Shown here in pieces: positions 1-9,607 of a stretch of 64,000 nucleotides of DNA (its first letter is position 1; each line of letters opens with the position of its first letter). The position numbers and the translations under genes were made by a program. The notes under the pieces are model-generated. The model worked only from the letters and a program-made list of their open reading frames with translations. It was not told where the DNA came from and did not search any database. Source of the DNA: an uncultured Candidatus Rokubacteria bacterium (lineage in GTDB: Bacteria > Methylomirabilota > Methylomirabilia > Rokubacteriales > CSP1-6); assembly GCA_963771355.1 (NCBI GenBank), contig CAVYTA010000004.1, positions 128,001-192,000 on the forward strand, given 5' to 3'.

Positions 1-776
1 CCCCCGCCTTCTCGGCGGCCTGCGCGCCCGGCAGCGCGCGGGTCCCAGTCGGCGGCCACGAAGCGCCGGGCGTTGACGCCGGCGGCGGCGTCGGACACCA
101 GCCAGAGCAGCGGCGGCACCATGATCTCGGGCTGGAGCATCTTGCCGCGGTCGCCGGCGTCGTCACCGACGAGCGGAGTGTTGGTCACGCCACCGGGAAC
201 CAGCACGTTCGCGGTGACGCCGGTGCCCGCCAGATCCGCCGCCATGATGGCGGTCGCGGACTCGGCGGCGGCCTTGCTCGCGCCGTAAAGCAGATAGCCC
301 GCGCGGACCATGGTGCCGAGGCTGGTGGTCACGGTGATGATGCGCCCCTGCCGGGCGCGCAGCATATGGGGCACCACCGCCCGGGCCATCATGATCGGCC
401 CGGTGGCATTCACGGCGAGGAAGCGGCTCCACTGATCCGGGCTGGCCTCCCAGAACCGAATCGGGTTGCGCCGCTGATCGGCGCGCACCGACGCTTGTCC
501 GATGCCGGCATTGTTGACGAGCACGTCGATGCGCCCGAATCGCTCCAGCGCGGCGGCCACGATCCGATCGAACGCGTCAGGCTGGGCGAGGTCGGCCGGC
601 ACGGTCAGGATGGAGCCCGGCGTGCCGATCTTGGGGGGTGCCAGCGCCGCCAGCGCGGTCGCATTGCGATCGACGGCCACGACATCCATGCCGCTCCCGG
701 CGAGGCCGAGCGCCATGGCCCGGCCGAGGCCGCTCGCCGCGCCGGTCACGATCGCGGCCTTCCGCTCGATCACCAT
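1..776 (-). CDS. SDR family oxidoreductase (3' end runs off window)
   Basis: Manual translation MVIERKAAIVTGAASGLG...VLVNNAGIG...YGASKAA shows TGxxxGxG, NNAG and YxxxK motifs; AAGGAGG RBS upstream; absent from ORF track because no stop is in the window. Confidence 0.9.
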   Translation of the reverse strand, partial: MVIERKAAIVTGAASGLGRAMALGLAGSGMDVVAVDRNATALAALAPPKIGTPGSILTVPADLAQPDAFDRIVAAALERFGRIDVLVNNAGIGQASVRADQRRNPIRFWEASPDQWSRFLAVNATGPIMMARAVVPHMLRARQGRIITVTTSLGTMVRAGYLLYGASKAAAESATAIMAADLAGTGVTANVLVPGGVTNTPLVGDDAGDRGKMLQPEIMVPPLLWLVSDAAAGVNARRFVAADWDPRAAGRAGRREGG

Positions 777-938
777 CGAGGTTGTCCTCCTTGTCTCCTG
801 CTCCGGGTGACTATTCCAGAAGTCGAGGCCTCGCGCCAGAACCTCCTCATCCTCTGTTAGACTCCCGCCAGCCTGTGAGTTGGGCTCAGGGATGGACCTG
901 ACCGAGGGCCAATGAGGTGACCCGGTGACCGCGAGCCC

Positions 939-2582
939 ATGAACCACGCCGATCGACCGGACTCAGTCCCCGAGGGGGCGAGCCTCGGCGAACGCTTTGC
1001 CCGCCTGCTCCTGACCCGCTCGCCGCTGGGCGCCCTGGTCCGGCGCGTCGCTCGCATCCGCGCGTCCGTCCACGCCAAGCTGCTGGGCGCGTTCCTTCTC
1101 ATCGCGCTCCTCCTCATCGCCATGGCGGTGATGAGCCTCCAGGCCATCAACAGCGTGGCCCGCCAGAGCCGGCTCCTGGATCAGGCCCACCAGCGGGTGG
1201 AGGACTCCCGCCAGATCGCCCGCACCGTGGGTGCGCAGATGAACTTCATCCGGAATGCCGTGCTCCTCCGGGACGAGGCGACCATCGAGAGCATCCTCCG
1301 GGAGAGCGACCGGTTCGGCAATACGCTCGCCGTCCTCGATCGGTCCGCCGCGTCGGAGGAGAAGGAAGCCATCCAGCGGATTCGCGAGGTCCATACCCAG
1401 GTCCTGAGCACGGTGGGGGCGGTGGCGACGCTCATCCGGGCGGGCAAGGTCGACGAGGCGATGACGCTCCATCTCAACGAAAGCCAGCCTCTCTACCGGG
1501 AGGTCACCAGCCTCGTCACCCGGGTCGTTCAAAGTGAAGAGGCGGAGATGGCCCGGCTTCGGCCGCAGGTGGCCGCGGCGAGCCGGAAAGCCCTGTGGCT
1601 CATGGGGGGCTTCGCGGCGGCCTCGATCTTCCTCGCGCTCCTGCTCGGGTTCGTCATCTCCTGGTCTTTCATCCTGCCCGTCCGGGAGGCCGAGGGATTC
1701 CTGGCGCACGTCACCAAGGGGGACTTCAGCACGAGCATCGACGTCCCGAATCGCGACGAGTTCGGCGCCCTGGCCGCCCGGATGAACGCGATGAGCCGAG
1801 AGCTGCATCAGCTCAACGAGGACCAGCGCCGGGCGGCGCAGCAGCTCCAGCGGCTGAACGCGGAGCTGGAGCAGGCCAGCCGGGCCAAGTCGGACTTCCT
1901 GGCCAACATGAGCCACGAGCTCCGCACGCCGATGAACGCGATCCTCGGCTTCACCGAGATGATCGTGGACGGCGTCTACGGCGACGTGCCGCCCGAGATT
2001 CGCGAGCCCGTCGCCGACATCAACACCTGCGGTCGGCAGCTCCTCCGTCTCATCAACGACGTGCTCGACCTCTCCAAGATCGAGGCCGGGCGCATGGAGC
2101 TCGCCCTCGATGCCTACTCGGTCGAGGATGTCGTGAACACCGTGAAGACCTCACTGCGGTCGCTGGCCGCGGAGAAGGGGCTGGACTTCGTCACCGTCGT
2201 CCAGCCGGACATGCCGATCTGCCACGGGGACGCCAAGCGCATCACGCAGTGCCTGGTGAACCTGGCCGGGAACGCGTTGAAGTTCACCCGCGAAGGACGG
2301 GTCGAGATCGGGGCGGAGATCCGGGACGGGGCGCTGCTCTTTCGGGTCTCCGATACCGGGATCGGTATCGCCGCCTCGCAGCTCGGACACATCTTCGAGG
2401 AGTTCCGGCAGGTGGACGCCACCATCACACGGGAATTCGGCGGAACGGGGCTGGGGCTCTCCATCACGAAGAAGTTCGTCGAGCTCCACGGCGGGCGGAT
2501 CTGGGTGGAGAGCGAGGCCGGGAAGGGCTCGACGTTCTTCATCTCGATGCCGCTGACGGTGGAGCGGGGGGCTACGGCGTGA
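939..2582 (+). CDS. Membrane sensor histidine kinase (2 TM, extracytoplasmic helical sensor, HAMP, HisKA, HATPase)
   Basis: FLANMSHELRTPMNAI H-box, NLAGNALKFT N-box, DTGIGI and GGTGLGL G-boxes, DEFGALA HAMP. Confidence 0.95.
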   Translation: MNHADRPDSVPEGASLGERFARLLLTRSPLGALVRRVARIRASVHAKLLGAFLLIALLLIAMAVMSLQAINSVARQSRLLDQAHQRVEDSRQIARTVGAQMNFIRNAVLLRDEATIESILRESDRFGNTLAVLDRSAASEEKEAIQRIREVHTQVLSTVGAVATLIRAGKVDEAMTLHLNESQPLYREVTSLVTRVVQSEEAEMARLRPQVAAASRKALWLMGGFAAASIFLALLLGFVISWSFILPVREAEGFLAHVTKGDFSTSIDVPNRDEFGALAARMNAMSRELHQLNEDQRRAAQQLQRLNAELEQASRAKSDFLANMSHELRTPMNAILGFTEMIVDGVYGDVPPEIREPVADINTCGRQLLRLINDVLDLSKIEAGRMELALDAYSVEDVVNTVKTSLRSLAAEKGLDFVTVVQPDMPICHGDAKRITQCLVNLAGNALKFTREGRVEIGAEIRDGALLFRVSDTGIGIAASQLGHIFEEFRQVDATITREFGGTGLGLSITKKFVELHGGRIWVESEAGKGSTFFISMPLTVERGATA

Positions 2583-2947
2583 AAACGATACTCTACGTCG
2601 AGGACAACGAGTTCAACCGGAAGATCGTTCGCGATCTCCTGGGACGCTCCTCCTACCGGCTGATCGAGGCCACCGACGGCGAGGCCGGGGTGGCGGCGGC
2701 GCGCGAGACGCTGCCGGACCTCATCATCATGGACATCCAGCTCCCCAAGCTGTCCGGGCTGGAGGCCACCCGTCAGCTCCGCGCCGAGCCCGCGACGGCG
2801 CACATCCCCATCATCGCGATGACGTCGTTCGCGCTGGCCGGTGACGAGGAGAAGGCCCGCGCGGCGGGGGCCGCCGCCTACCTCTCGAAGCCGTACAGCC
2901 CGCGGGAGCTGCGCCGGCTCATCGGAGAGCTGGCGCCGGAGGGCTGA
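2579..2947 (+). CDS. Single-domain response regulator (DivK-like)
   Basis: GTG start overlaps kinase stop (GTGA); KTILYVEDN...PDLIIMDIQLPKLSG...YLSKPY; C-terminal part of ORF 1595..2947. Confidence 0.92.
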   Translation: MKTILYVEDNEFNRKIVRDLLGRSSYRLIEATDGEAGVAAARETLPDLIIMDIQLPKLSGLEATRQLRAEPATAHIPIIAMTSFALAGDEEKARAAGAAAYLSKPYSPRELRRLIGELAPEG

Positions 2948-2949
2948 TC

Positions 2950-4225
<1,276 letters not shown>

Positions 4226-4371
4226 GCTTGGTGGCCAGCGGCCGGCCGGGCGGCCGTGATCGGGGTTCGTCCTCGGCGCGGGTGCATGCAATGGGGGGGA
4301 AGCGACGAGACAATGCGACGCGGGGCGCCCGAGTATGCTAACGAATAGGCGCCAGCGCATTGGCCCTACGC

Positions 4372-6669
4372 ATGGAGCAACGGCAGGCCGCCGAGCAGGC
4401 ACTTCTGGAGGCCGTGGCGTTCCTCGTCACGGCGTGGAAGAACCTGTTCGCCTATCCACCCGGGCACCCCGCCCGCGCGGCCTCCCTCGACACCGCGCAC
4501 CTCCGTCTCGCCGCGTTCATGGCCGAGTGGGGCCGCCTGGCGCTGGGCGTGACCCGGGACGGTCTCCTCTACGGAGAGAAGAAGATCGAGTCCGCCAATG
4601 TGGGAATGTTCGCCGAGGCCCTCTACCGTCGGAACGCGGCCCTGGTCTACATCGATGAGGACGTCGCCCCCCGTGACCTCGAGTGTCTCCTGCGTCTGCT
4701 CGCCCACGCGCCCGGCGGACCCGAGCGCGCCACCATCGGCGAGGAGCTGCGTGCGGCCGACGTTGACCGCATCACCGTCACCTCCATCGACTACACGCGC
4801 CTCGTCACCACCGATCAGCTCAAGGTCGCTGAGCGCGGCCCGGCCGGATCCCTCTGGGACACGCTGATCGGCGCGCTCCTCTCCGGCAAGCACCTCACGC
4901 TCGACGACTCCGGGTCCTTGCCGGGCGGGACCTACTCGGCGACGGGCCTCGCCGACCTCCTGATCCGGTCTGGTGGCTTGGGTGGGGCGGGTGGGACCGG
5001 CGGGGCGGGTGGGACCGGCGGGCCGGGCGGGGCCGGTGGGCCGGGCGGACGGGGTGGGACCAGTGGGGCGGGCGGCGCCGCGGGCGAGGGTGGAGGCGGT
5101 GCGGCGATTTCTGCCCTGGCCGGCGCGATCACGGAGCACCTCACTCGCGTCAGGGGCCAGGAAAAGGACCTCTCCCTTCGTCAGGTCGCGGAGCTCCTCC
5201 GCGCGCTCCCGGCGGGGGTGCGTGAGCCGCTGCTCGCCGCCGCGCTCCGGACCCTCGACACCGAGGAGCAGTCCCAGGAGCGCCTGGCCAGCCTGGTGAC
5301 GTCGCTCGGGCCCGATCAGGTGCTGCAGTCGCTGCGGCGCCTCAACACCGAGGGGATGCGGCTTTCGTCTCACGCGCTCCGCATGATCCAGACCCTGGCC
5401 GCGGCGCGCGAGCAGCTGACCAGCCCGGATCGTCTCGCGAGCGTGTCGGCGGACATCGCCGAGGTCTCGGCACTCCTCGCGGATGAGGACGTGGACCGCT
5501 TCAACTCCGAGGATCACCGTGCGCTCCTGGCGCAGGTGGCCGCGGTCGACCTCATGATCGCGCCGGTTTCCATCGTGTCCGACCGGAGCCTCATCGAGGC
5601 GGAGACCGAGTCCCTCACCGAGGCCGCAGTGGAGACGAGCCTGGTGGCGACGCTCCTCGACCTCGCCGCCGCCTGCCCGGAGCCGGTTCTCCCCATGGTC
5701 GTCGAACGGCTGCGGGCGTTCTTCGGGCAATCCCTCGCCACCGGGCGCTTCGAGCGTGCCGTCGGCATCCTCCGCGGGGTGCGTGCCCTCGCGGAGGACC
5801 CGCGCCTGACGTCGGCGCAGCGGGAGGGGCGCGCCGCGCTTCTTGGAGATCTCGCCAAGTCCCTGCCGCTCTCGTCGCTCCTCGCCGAGGCCGGCGCGTC
5901 CGAACGGCTGACCCTCGGCCAGATCCAGAGCGTGGTCGCCGAGCTGGGCCCCGGTGCCGTCCGCCCCGTCCTCGAGGCGCTGGCCGCCGAGCCCGATCGC
6001 GGGCGGCGCTTCCAGCTCTTCGACTTCGCCGAGTCCCTGGGTTCCGCCGTCGTTCCGGAGGCGACCCGGCTGCTCTTCGACACGCGTTGGTTCGTGGTGC
6101 GGAACATGATCCTCCTGCTCCGCAAGGTCGGGGATCGGTCGGCCCTGAAGGAGATCCAGCGCTGTGCCGAGGCTCTGGATCCGCGGGTCGGGCTCGAGGC
6201 GGTCATGATGCTCCTCGCCATCGACTCCAAGGTCTCGCGGGACCTCCTCGGCAAGATGATCAATCACCCGGACCCCAAGAGGGCCGAAGCCACCGTCGCC
6301 TTGACCGGCCAGCACGGCATCGTCGAGGCGATCGACCCGCTGGTGGCGATGCTGCTCCGGTGGGACCCTCTCGGGAGCCGGCTGTCCTTGCGGCTGCAGG
6401 CCCTCCGGGCGCTCAAGACGCTCAAGGCCGCCACGGTGGCGGCGGACCCGGAGGTGCTCGCCCGGCTCGCCCGGTACTTCCGCCACTGGCGCGTGCCCCT
6501 GGTGCGCCTCGAGGAGCGCCGGGCCGCGTTCCGGCTCCTCGAGTCCTACCCCGAGGCGCTACGGGCCCCGTATGTGCGGCGAGGCCAGCGGTCCAAGGAT
6601 TCGGTCATCCGCGCGATCTGCGACCGGCTCGCCAAGCAATCCGACGCGCCGCCCGGGAAGACCCCGTGA
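4372..6669 (+). CDS. HEAT/ARM-repeat protein with N-terminal YPxxHP domain and Gly-rich linker
   Basis: D.RWFVVRN...LL HEAT-like repeats in C-terminal third; KNLFAYPPGHPA N-terminus; start could be TTG 4360. Confidence 0.75.
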   Translation: MEQRQAAEQALLEAVAFLVTAWKNLFAYPPGHPARAASLDTAHLRLAAFMAEWGRLALGVTRDGLLYGEKKIESANVGMFAEALYRRNAALVYIDEDVAPRDLECLLRLLAHAPGGPERATIGEELRAADVDRITVTSIDYTRLVTTDQLKVAERGPAGSLWDTLIGALLSGKHLTLDDSGSLPGGTYSATGLADLLIRSGGLGGAGGTGGAGGTGGPGGAGGPGGRGGTSGAGGAAGEGGGGAAISALAGAITEHLTRVRGQEKDLSLRQVAELLRALPAGVREPLLAAALRTLDTEEQSQERLASLVTSLGPDQVLQSLRRLNTEGMRLSSHALRMIQTLAAAREQLTSPDRLASVSADIAEVSALLADEDVDRFNSEDHRALLAQVAAVDLMIAPVSIVSDRSLIEAETESLTEAAVETSLVATLLDLAAACPEPVLPMVVERLRAFFGQSLATGRFERAVGILRGVRALAEDPRLTSAQREGRAALLGDLAKSLPLSSLLAEAGASERLTLGQIQSVVAELGPGAVRPVLEALAAEPDRGRRFQLFDFAESLGSAVVPEATRLLFDTRWFVVRNMILLLRKVGDRSALKEIQRCAEALDPRVGLEAVMMLLAIDSKVSRDLLGKMINHPDPKRAEATVALTGQHGIVEAIDPLVAMLLRWDPLGSRLSLRLQALRALKTLKAATVAADPEVLARLARYFRHWRVPLVRLEERRAAFRLLESYPEALRAPYVRRGQRSKDSVIRAICDRLAKQSDAPPGKTP
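4972..5103 (+). repeat. Low-complexity GGxGGx coding repeat (imperfect 9/18-bp units)
   Basis: GGTGGGGCGGGTGGGACC GGCGGGGCGGGTGGGACC... encoding GGAGGTGGAGGTGGPGGAGGPGG. Confidence 0.7.
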
Positions 6670-7838
6670 CCGGCGAGCTCCTGCCCGGGGTGCCGCCGGC
6701 GGTCGACCGACTCATCGCCCACATCGCCGGGGCCATCAACGCGCGGTCGCTTTACGCCGGCACGCACCCCGCGGTGGCGGCTCACGTCGAGCGGCTCATC
6801 GAGAGCGTGGAGGCGGCCTGCGCGGAGCGGAAGAAAGACGCGCTCACCTTCCTCGTGGTGGGAGGGGATCTCGTCGTCGAGAACCAGCCGATGCGCAAGG
6901 GGGGGCTTCACCACGATCAGTTCATCCGTGTCCTCAGCCGGCGGGGCGTGGAGCGGCTGACCATTGCCCGCGGCGTGACCGCCGCCGAGTGCCTGGACTT
7001 TCTCACGCCGATGGTGGTGGGAGGCATTCCGCTGTCGAGCGAGCACATCATCGTGGGCCGGGTGGAGATGCGCCCAGCGGGCGGGGCGGGGGCGACAACG
7101 GCATCGCGTCCGGTGGACGCGGCCGGCGTCGAGCGGCTCTCCTCGGAGAGCGTGGACCGCGCGCGCGAGGCGTTCGGCCAGTTCCGCTCCGACCGGCGCG
7201 GGGGATTGGGGCGCCTCGAGGAGATCGTCTGGAGCCTCATGGAGGCGCTGTCCTCCGCCACGCGCGAGATCCTGCCCCTGGCGCCGCTGAAGACCCACGA
7301 CGACTACACCTTCGTCCACTCCGTCAACGTCTCGCTTCTCACCTTGGCCCAGGCGCGCGCGTTCGGCTTCGCGGGAGACGCGCTTCATGCCATCGGGGTC
7401 GCGGCGCTGCTGCACGACGTGGGCAAGCTCAGGATCCCCCTCGAGGTGCTCAACAAGCCGGGCAAGCTCGAGGGCGAGGAGTGGAACATCATGAAGAGCC
7501 ACGCCGAAGTGGGAGCGCTGCACCTGTGCGGGATCGAGGGGAGCTACCCCCTGGCCATTCTGGTGGCGTACGAGCACCACATGCGCTATGACGGCAAGCC
7601 GAACTACCCGGTGACGGCGGTGCCGCGGAAGCCGACCCTGGCCAGCCAGATGACGGCCATCTCGGACGTCTTCGACGCCCTCTGCACCACGCGGCCGTAC
7701 CACAAGGCGCGCGCGCGCTCCGTCGCGCTCGGGATCATCCGGGAGCGCGTGGGCACCTTCCATCACCCCGCATTGGTGGCGAACTTCGCGCGCATGATCG
7801 GCGCCGACGAGCCGGCGGCGACGCCCGAGACCCCCTAG
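6666..7838 (+). CDS. HD-GYP family cyclic-dinucleotide phosphodiesterase (variant motif)
   Basis: GTGA overlap with upstream gene; HDDYTFVHSVNV, LLHDVGK, HHMRYDGKPNYP, DVFDAL..RPY. Confidence 0.9.
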   Translation: MTGELLPGVPPAVDRLIAHIAGAINARSLYAGTHPAVAAHVERLIESVEAACAERKKDALTFLVVGGDLVVENQPMRKGGLHHDQFIRVLSRRGVERLTIARGVTAAECLDFLTPMVVGGIPLSSEHIIVGRVEMRPAGGAGATTASRPVDAAGVERLSSESVDRAREAFGQFRSDRRGGLGRLEEIVWSLMEALSSATREILPLAPLKTHDDYTFVHSVNVSLLTLAQARAFGFAGDALHAIGVAALLHDVGKLRIPLEVLNKPGKLEGEEWNIMKSHAEVGALHLCGIEGSYPLAILVAYEHHMRYDGKPNYPVTAVPRKPTLASQMTAISDVFDALCTTRPYHKARARSVALGIIRERVGTFHHPALVANFARMIGADEPAATPETP

Positions 7839-7970
7839 CCGCTTGCGGCGGTCGACCACGGCTTCCATTCGCGCGACCGGCCAATGCTCCCGGGGGAGGC
7901 CCGGGCCCCGAGCCCGAAGCAAGTCCGGGACATTCATGCAATCAAGCATGCGATCAAGCACTTCGGGCGC

Positions 7971-7985
7971 TGGCCCCCTCCTTGC
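7971..7985 (+). promoter_or_regulatory. Putative sigma54 -24/-12 promoter
   Basis: TGGCCCCCTCCTTGC (GG-N10-GC) 36 nt before the 8022 start. Confidence 0.5.
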
Positions 7986-8021
7986 CCTGCGTCACGGCAA
8001 GTTTCGACAAGGAGGCCAGCG

Positions 8022-8303
8022 ATGCGGATCCGGACTCTCACGGTGGTGTTCGTGGCGGCGTCGGCGGCTCTGGCCGCCGGGCTGACGGAACGGCTGCAGA
8101 CGGAGCGCATGACGGTGCTCGAGGTGGATGAGGCGGCCGGCCGGTTCCAGTGCGCCGAGCACCGGCGCTGGACGACGGTGGCGAAGGACAGCATCGCCCC
8201 GGTGCGCACCGGCGATATCGTTCGCGTCGAGCGGCTCGGCAGCCATCCGGCGCGATTGATCGTGCTGCGGTCGGCGGCGGACGAGCTGGCGAGCCCCGAG
8301 TAG
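8022..8303 (+). CDS. Small exported hypothetical protein
   Basis: AAGGAGG RBS; MRIRTLTVVFVAASAALAAG signal-like N-terminus; typical codon usage. Confidence 0.7.
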   Translation: MRIRTLTVVFVAASAALAAGLTERLQTERMTVLEVDEAAGRFQCAEHRRWTTVAKDSIAPVRTGDIVRVERLGSHPARLIVLRSAADELASPE

Positions 8304-8325
8304 CGGGGAGGGTGATCGGCGGCGG

Positions 8326-9078
8326 CTACTGCGCGGTCCAGCCTCCGTCGATCACCAGCTCGCTGCCGGTCACGAACCGCGACTCGTCGGAAGCGAGATA
8401 GAGCACGCCGTAGGCGACCTCCTCGGCCTCGCCGTAGCGGCCGAGCGGAATGCGCGAAGTCATGCGCGCGAAGATCGTGGGGTCGGCGCGGCGCCCCTCC
8501 GTCATCGGGGTGACGATGGGCCCGGGGTGCACGGAGTTGGCGCGAATGCGCTCCTTCGCGTACTGGAGCGCGGTCAGCTTGGTGAGGAGCCGCACCGCGC
8601 CCTTGGAGGCCTGGTACTGCGGGCTGCTGTCATCCATGCCGACCAGGCCGAGCTGCGAGGAGATGTTCACGATGGAGCCGCCGCCGGCCTGCCGAAGCGC
8701 CGGGATCGCGGCCCGGGTGCCGAGGAAGACGCCGGTAGCATTGACGTCCATCACCCGGTTCCAGTCCTCCAGCCGGGTATCCTCGAGTCGGCCGGCGCTG
8801 CCGATGCCGGCGTTGTTGACGAGGATGTCGAGCCGTTGGAAGCGGCTCACCGTTGTCTCCACCGCGCGCGGCCAGGCGCTCTCGCTGGTGACGTCGAGGG
8901 GGAGATACAGCGCCTGGCTGCCCGCCGCCGCCAGCTCGGCCTCCATCCGGCGTCCCTCGGCCTCGAGGAGGTCGCCGATCACCACCCGCGCGCCCTCGCG
9001 CGCGAAAAGCCGCGCGGTGGCGGCGCCGATTCCCCGCGCGCCCCCGCTGATCAGCGCGGTCTTCCCCTCCAGTCTCAT
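8326..9078 (-). CDS. SDR oxidoreductase (cyclopentanol/3alpha,20beta-HSD-like)
   Basis: ISGGARGIG, NNAG, YQASKG, VIDGG. Confidence 0.95.
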   Translation of the reverse strand: MRLEGKTALISGGARGIGAATARLFAREGARVVIGDLLEAEGRRMEAELAAAGSQALYLPLDVTSESAWPRAVETTVSRFQRLDILVNNAGIGSAGRLEDTRLEDWNRVMDVNATGVFLGTRAAIPALRQAGGGSIVNISSQLGLVGMDDSSPQYQASKGAVRLLTKLTALQYAKERIRANSVHPGPIVTPMTEGRRADPTIFARMTSRIPLGRYGEAEEVAYGVLYLASDESRFVTGSELVIDGGWTAQ

Positions 9079-9095
9079 GACCTTAGGGCGCGGGG

Positions 9096-9536
9096 TCAGG
9101 CGGGGGACGTCGGGGGGAGCGCGGCCCGCACCGCGTCCACCACCTGCTGCAGGTCGTACGGCTTGCCGATGATCTCGATGGCCTCCGTCTCCCCGACCAG
9201 GTTATCGAGGGCGGGCTTGTTCGTGGTGGTGATGATGAACTGCCGGGTCTTCACGGGCTCCGAGCTGCGGACCAGGCGGAGAAAGGTCCAGTTGGCGTCG
9301 TAAGGCGGGGAGATGTCGTAGACGATCACCGAGGGCGCGTGGTCCTGGATGAACTCGATGAAGTCGAACTGGCCGCTCTTCACCTCCGGGATGTGACCGC
9401 TGACCGTCTGGAACCCCTGCCCCTCGAGCGCGGTGCGCAGCATGTCCACCGTATCCGAGCTGGAGTTGAACACGGCGATGACGGGTTTCCGGGCAGGGTG
9501 TCCGTCACGGGAAGGCAGGTCATTGTGTGCGCCCAC
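9096..9536 (-). CDS. Atypical single-domain response regulator
   Basis: Receiver pattern PVIAVFNSS...VIVYDISPPY...IIGKPYDL; GTG start after GGGGGA. Confidence 0.75.
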   Translation of the reverse strand: MGAHNDLPSRDGHPARKPVIAVFNSSSDTVDMLRTALEGQGFQTVSGHIPEVKSGQFDFIEFIQDHAPSVIVYDISPPYDANWTFLRLVRSSEPVKTRQFIITTTNKPALDNLVGETEAIEIIGKPYDLQQVVDAVRAALPPTSPA

Positions 9537-9607
9537 GCGGTCCCCCACCCGGCAGAGCCTATCGTGTTCACCCGGCGGTGTCCAGGGGCGGAGCCCGCGG
9601 GAGAGGC

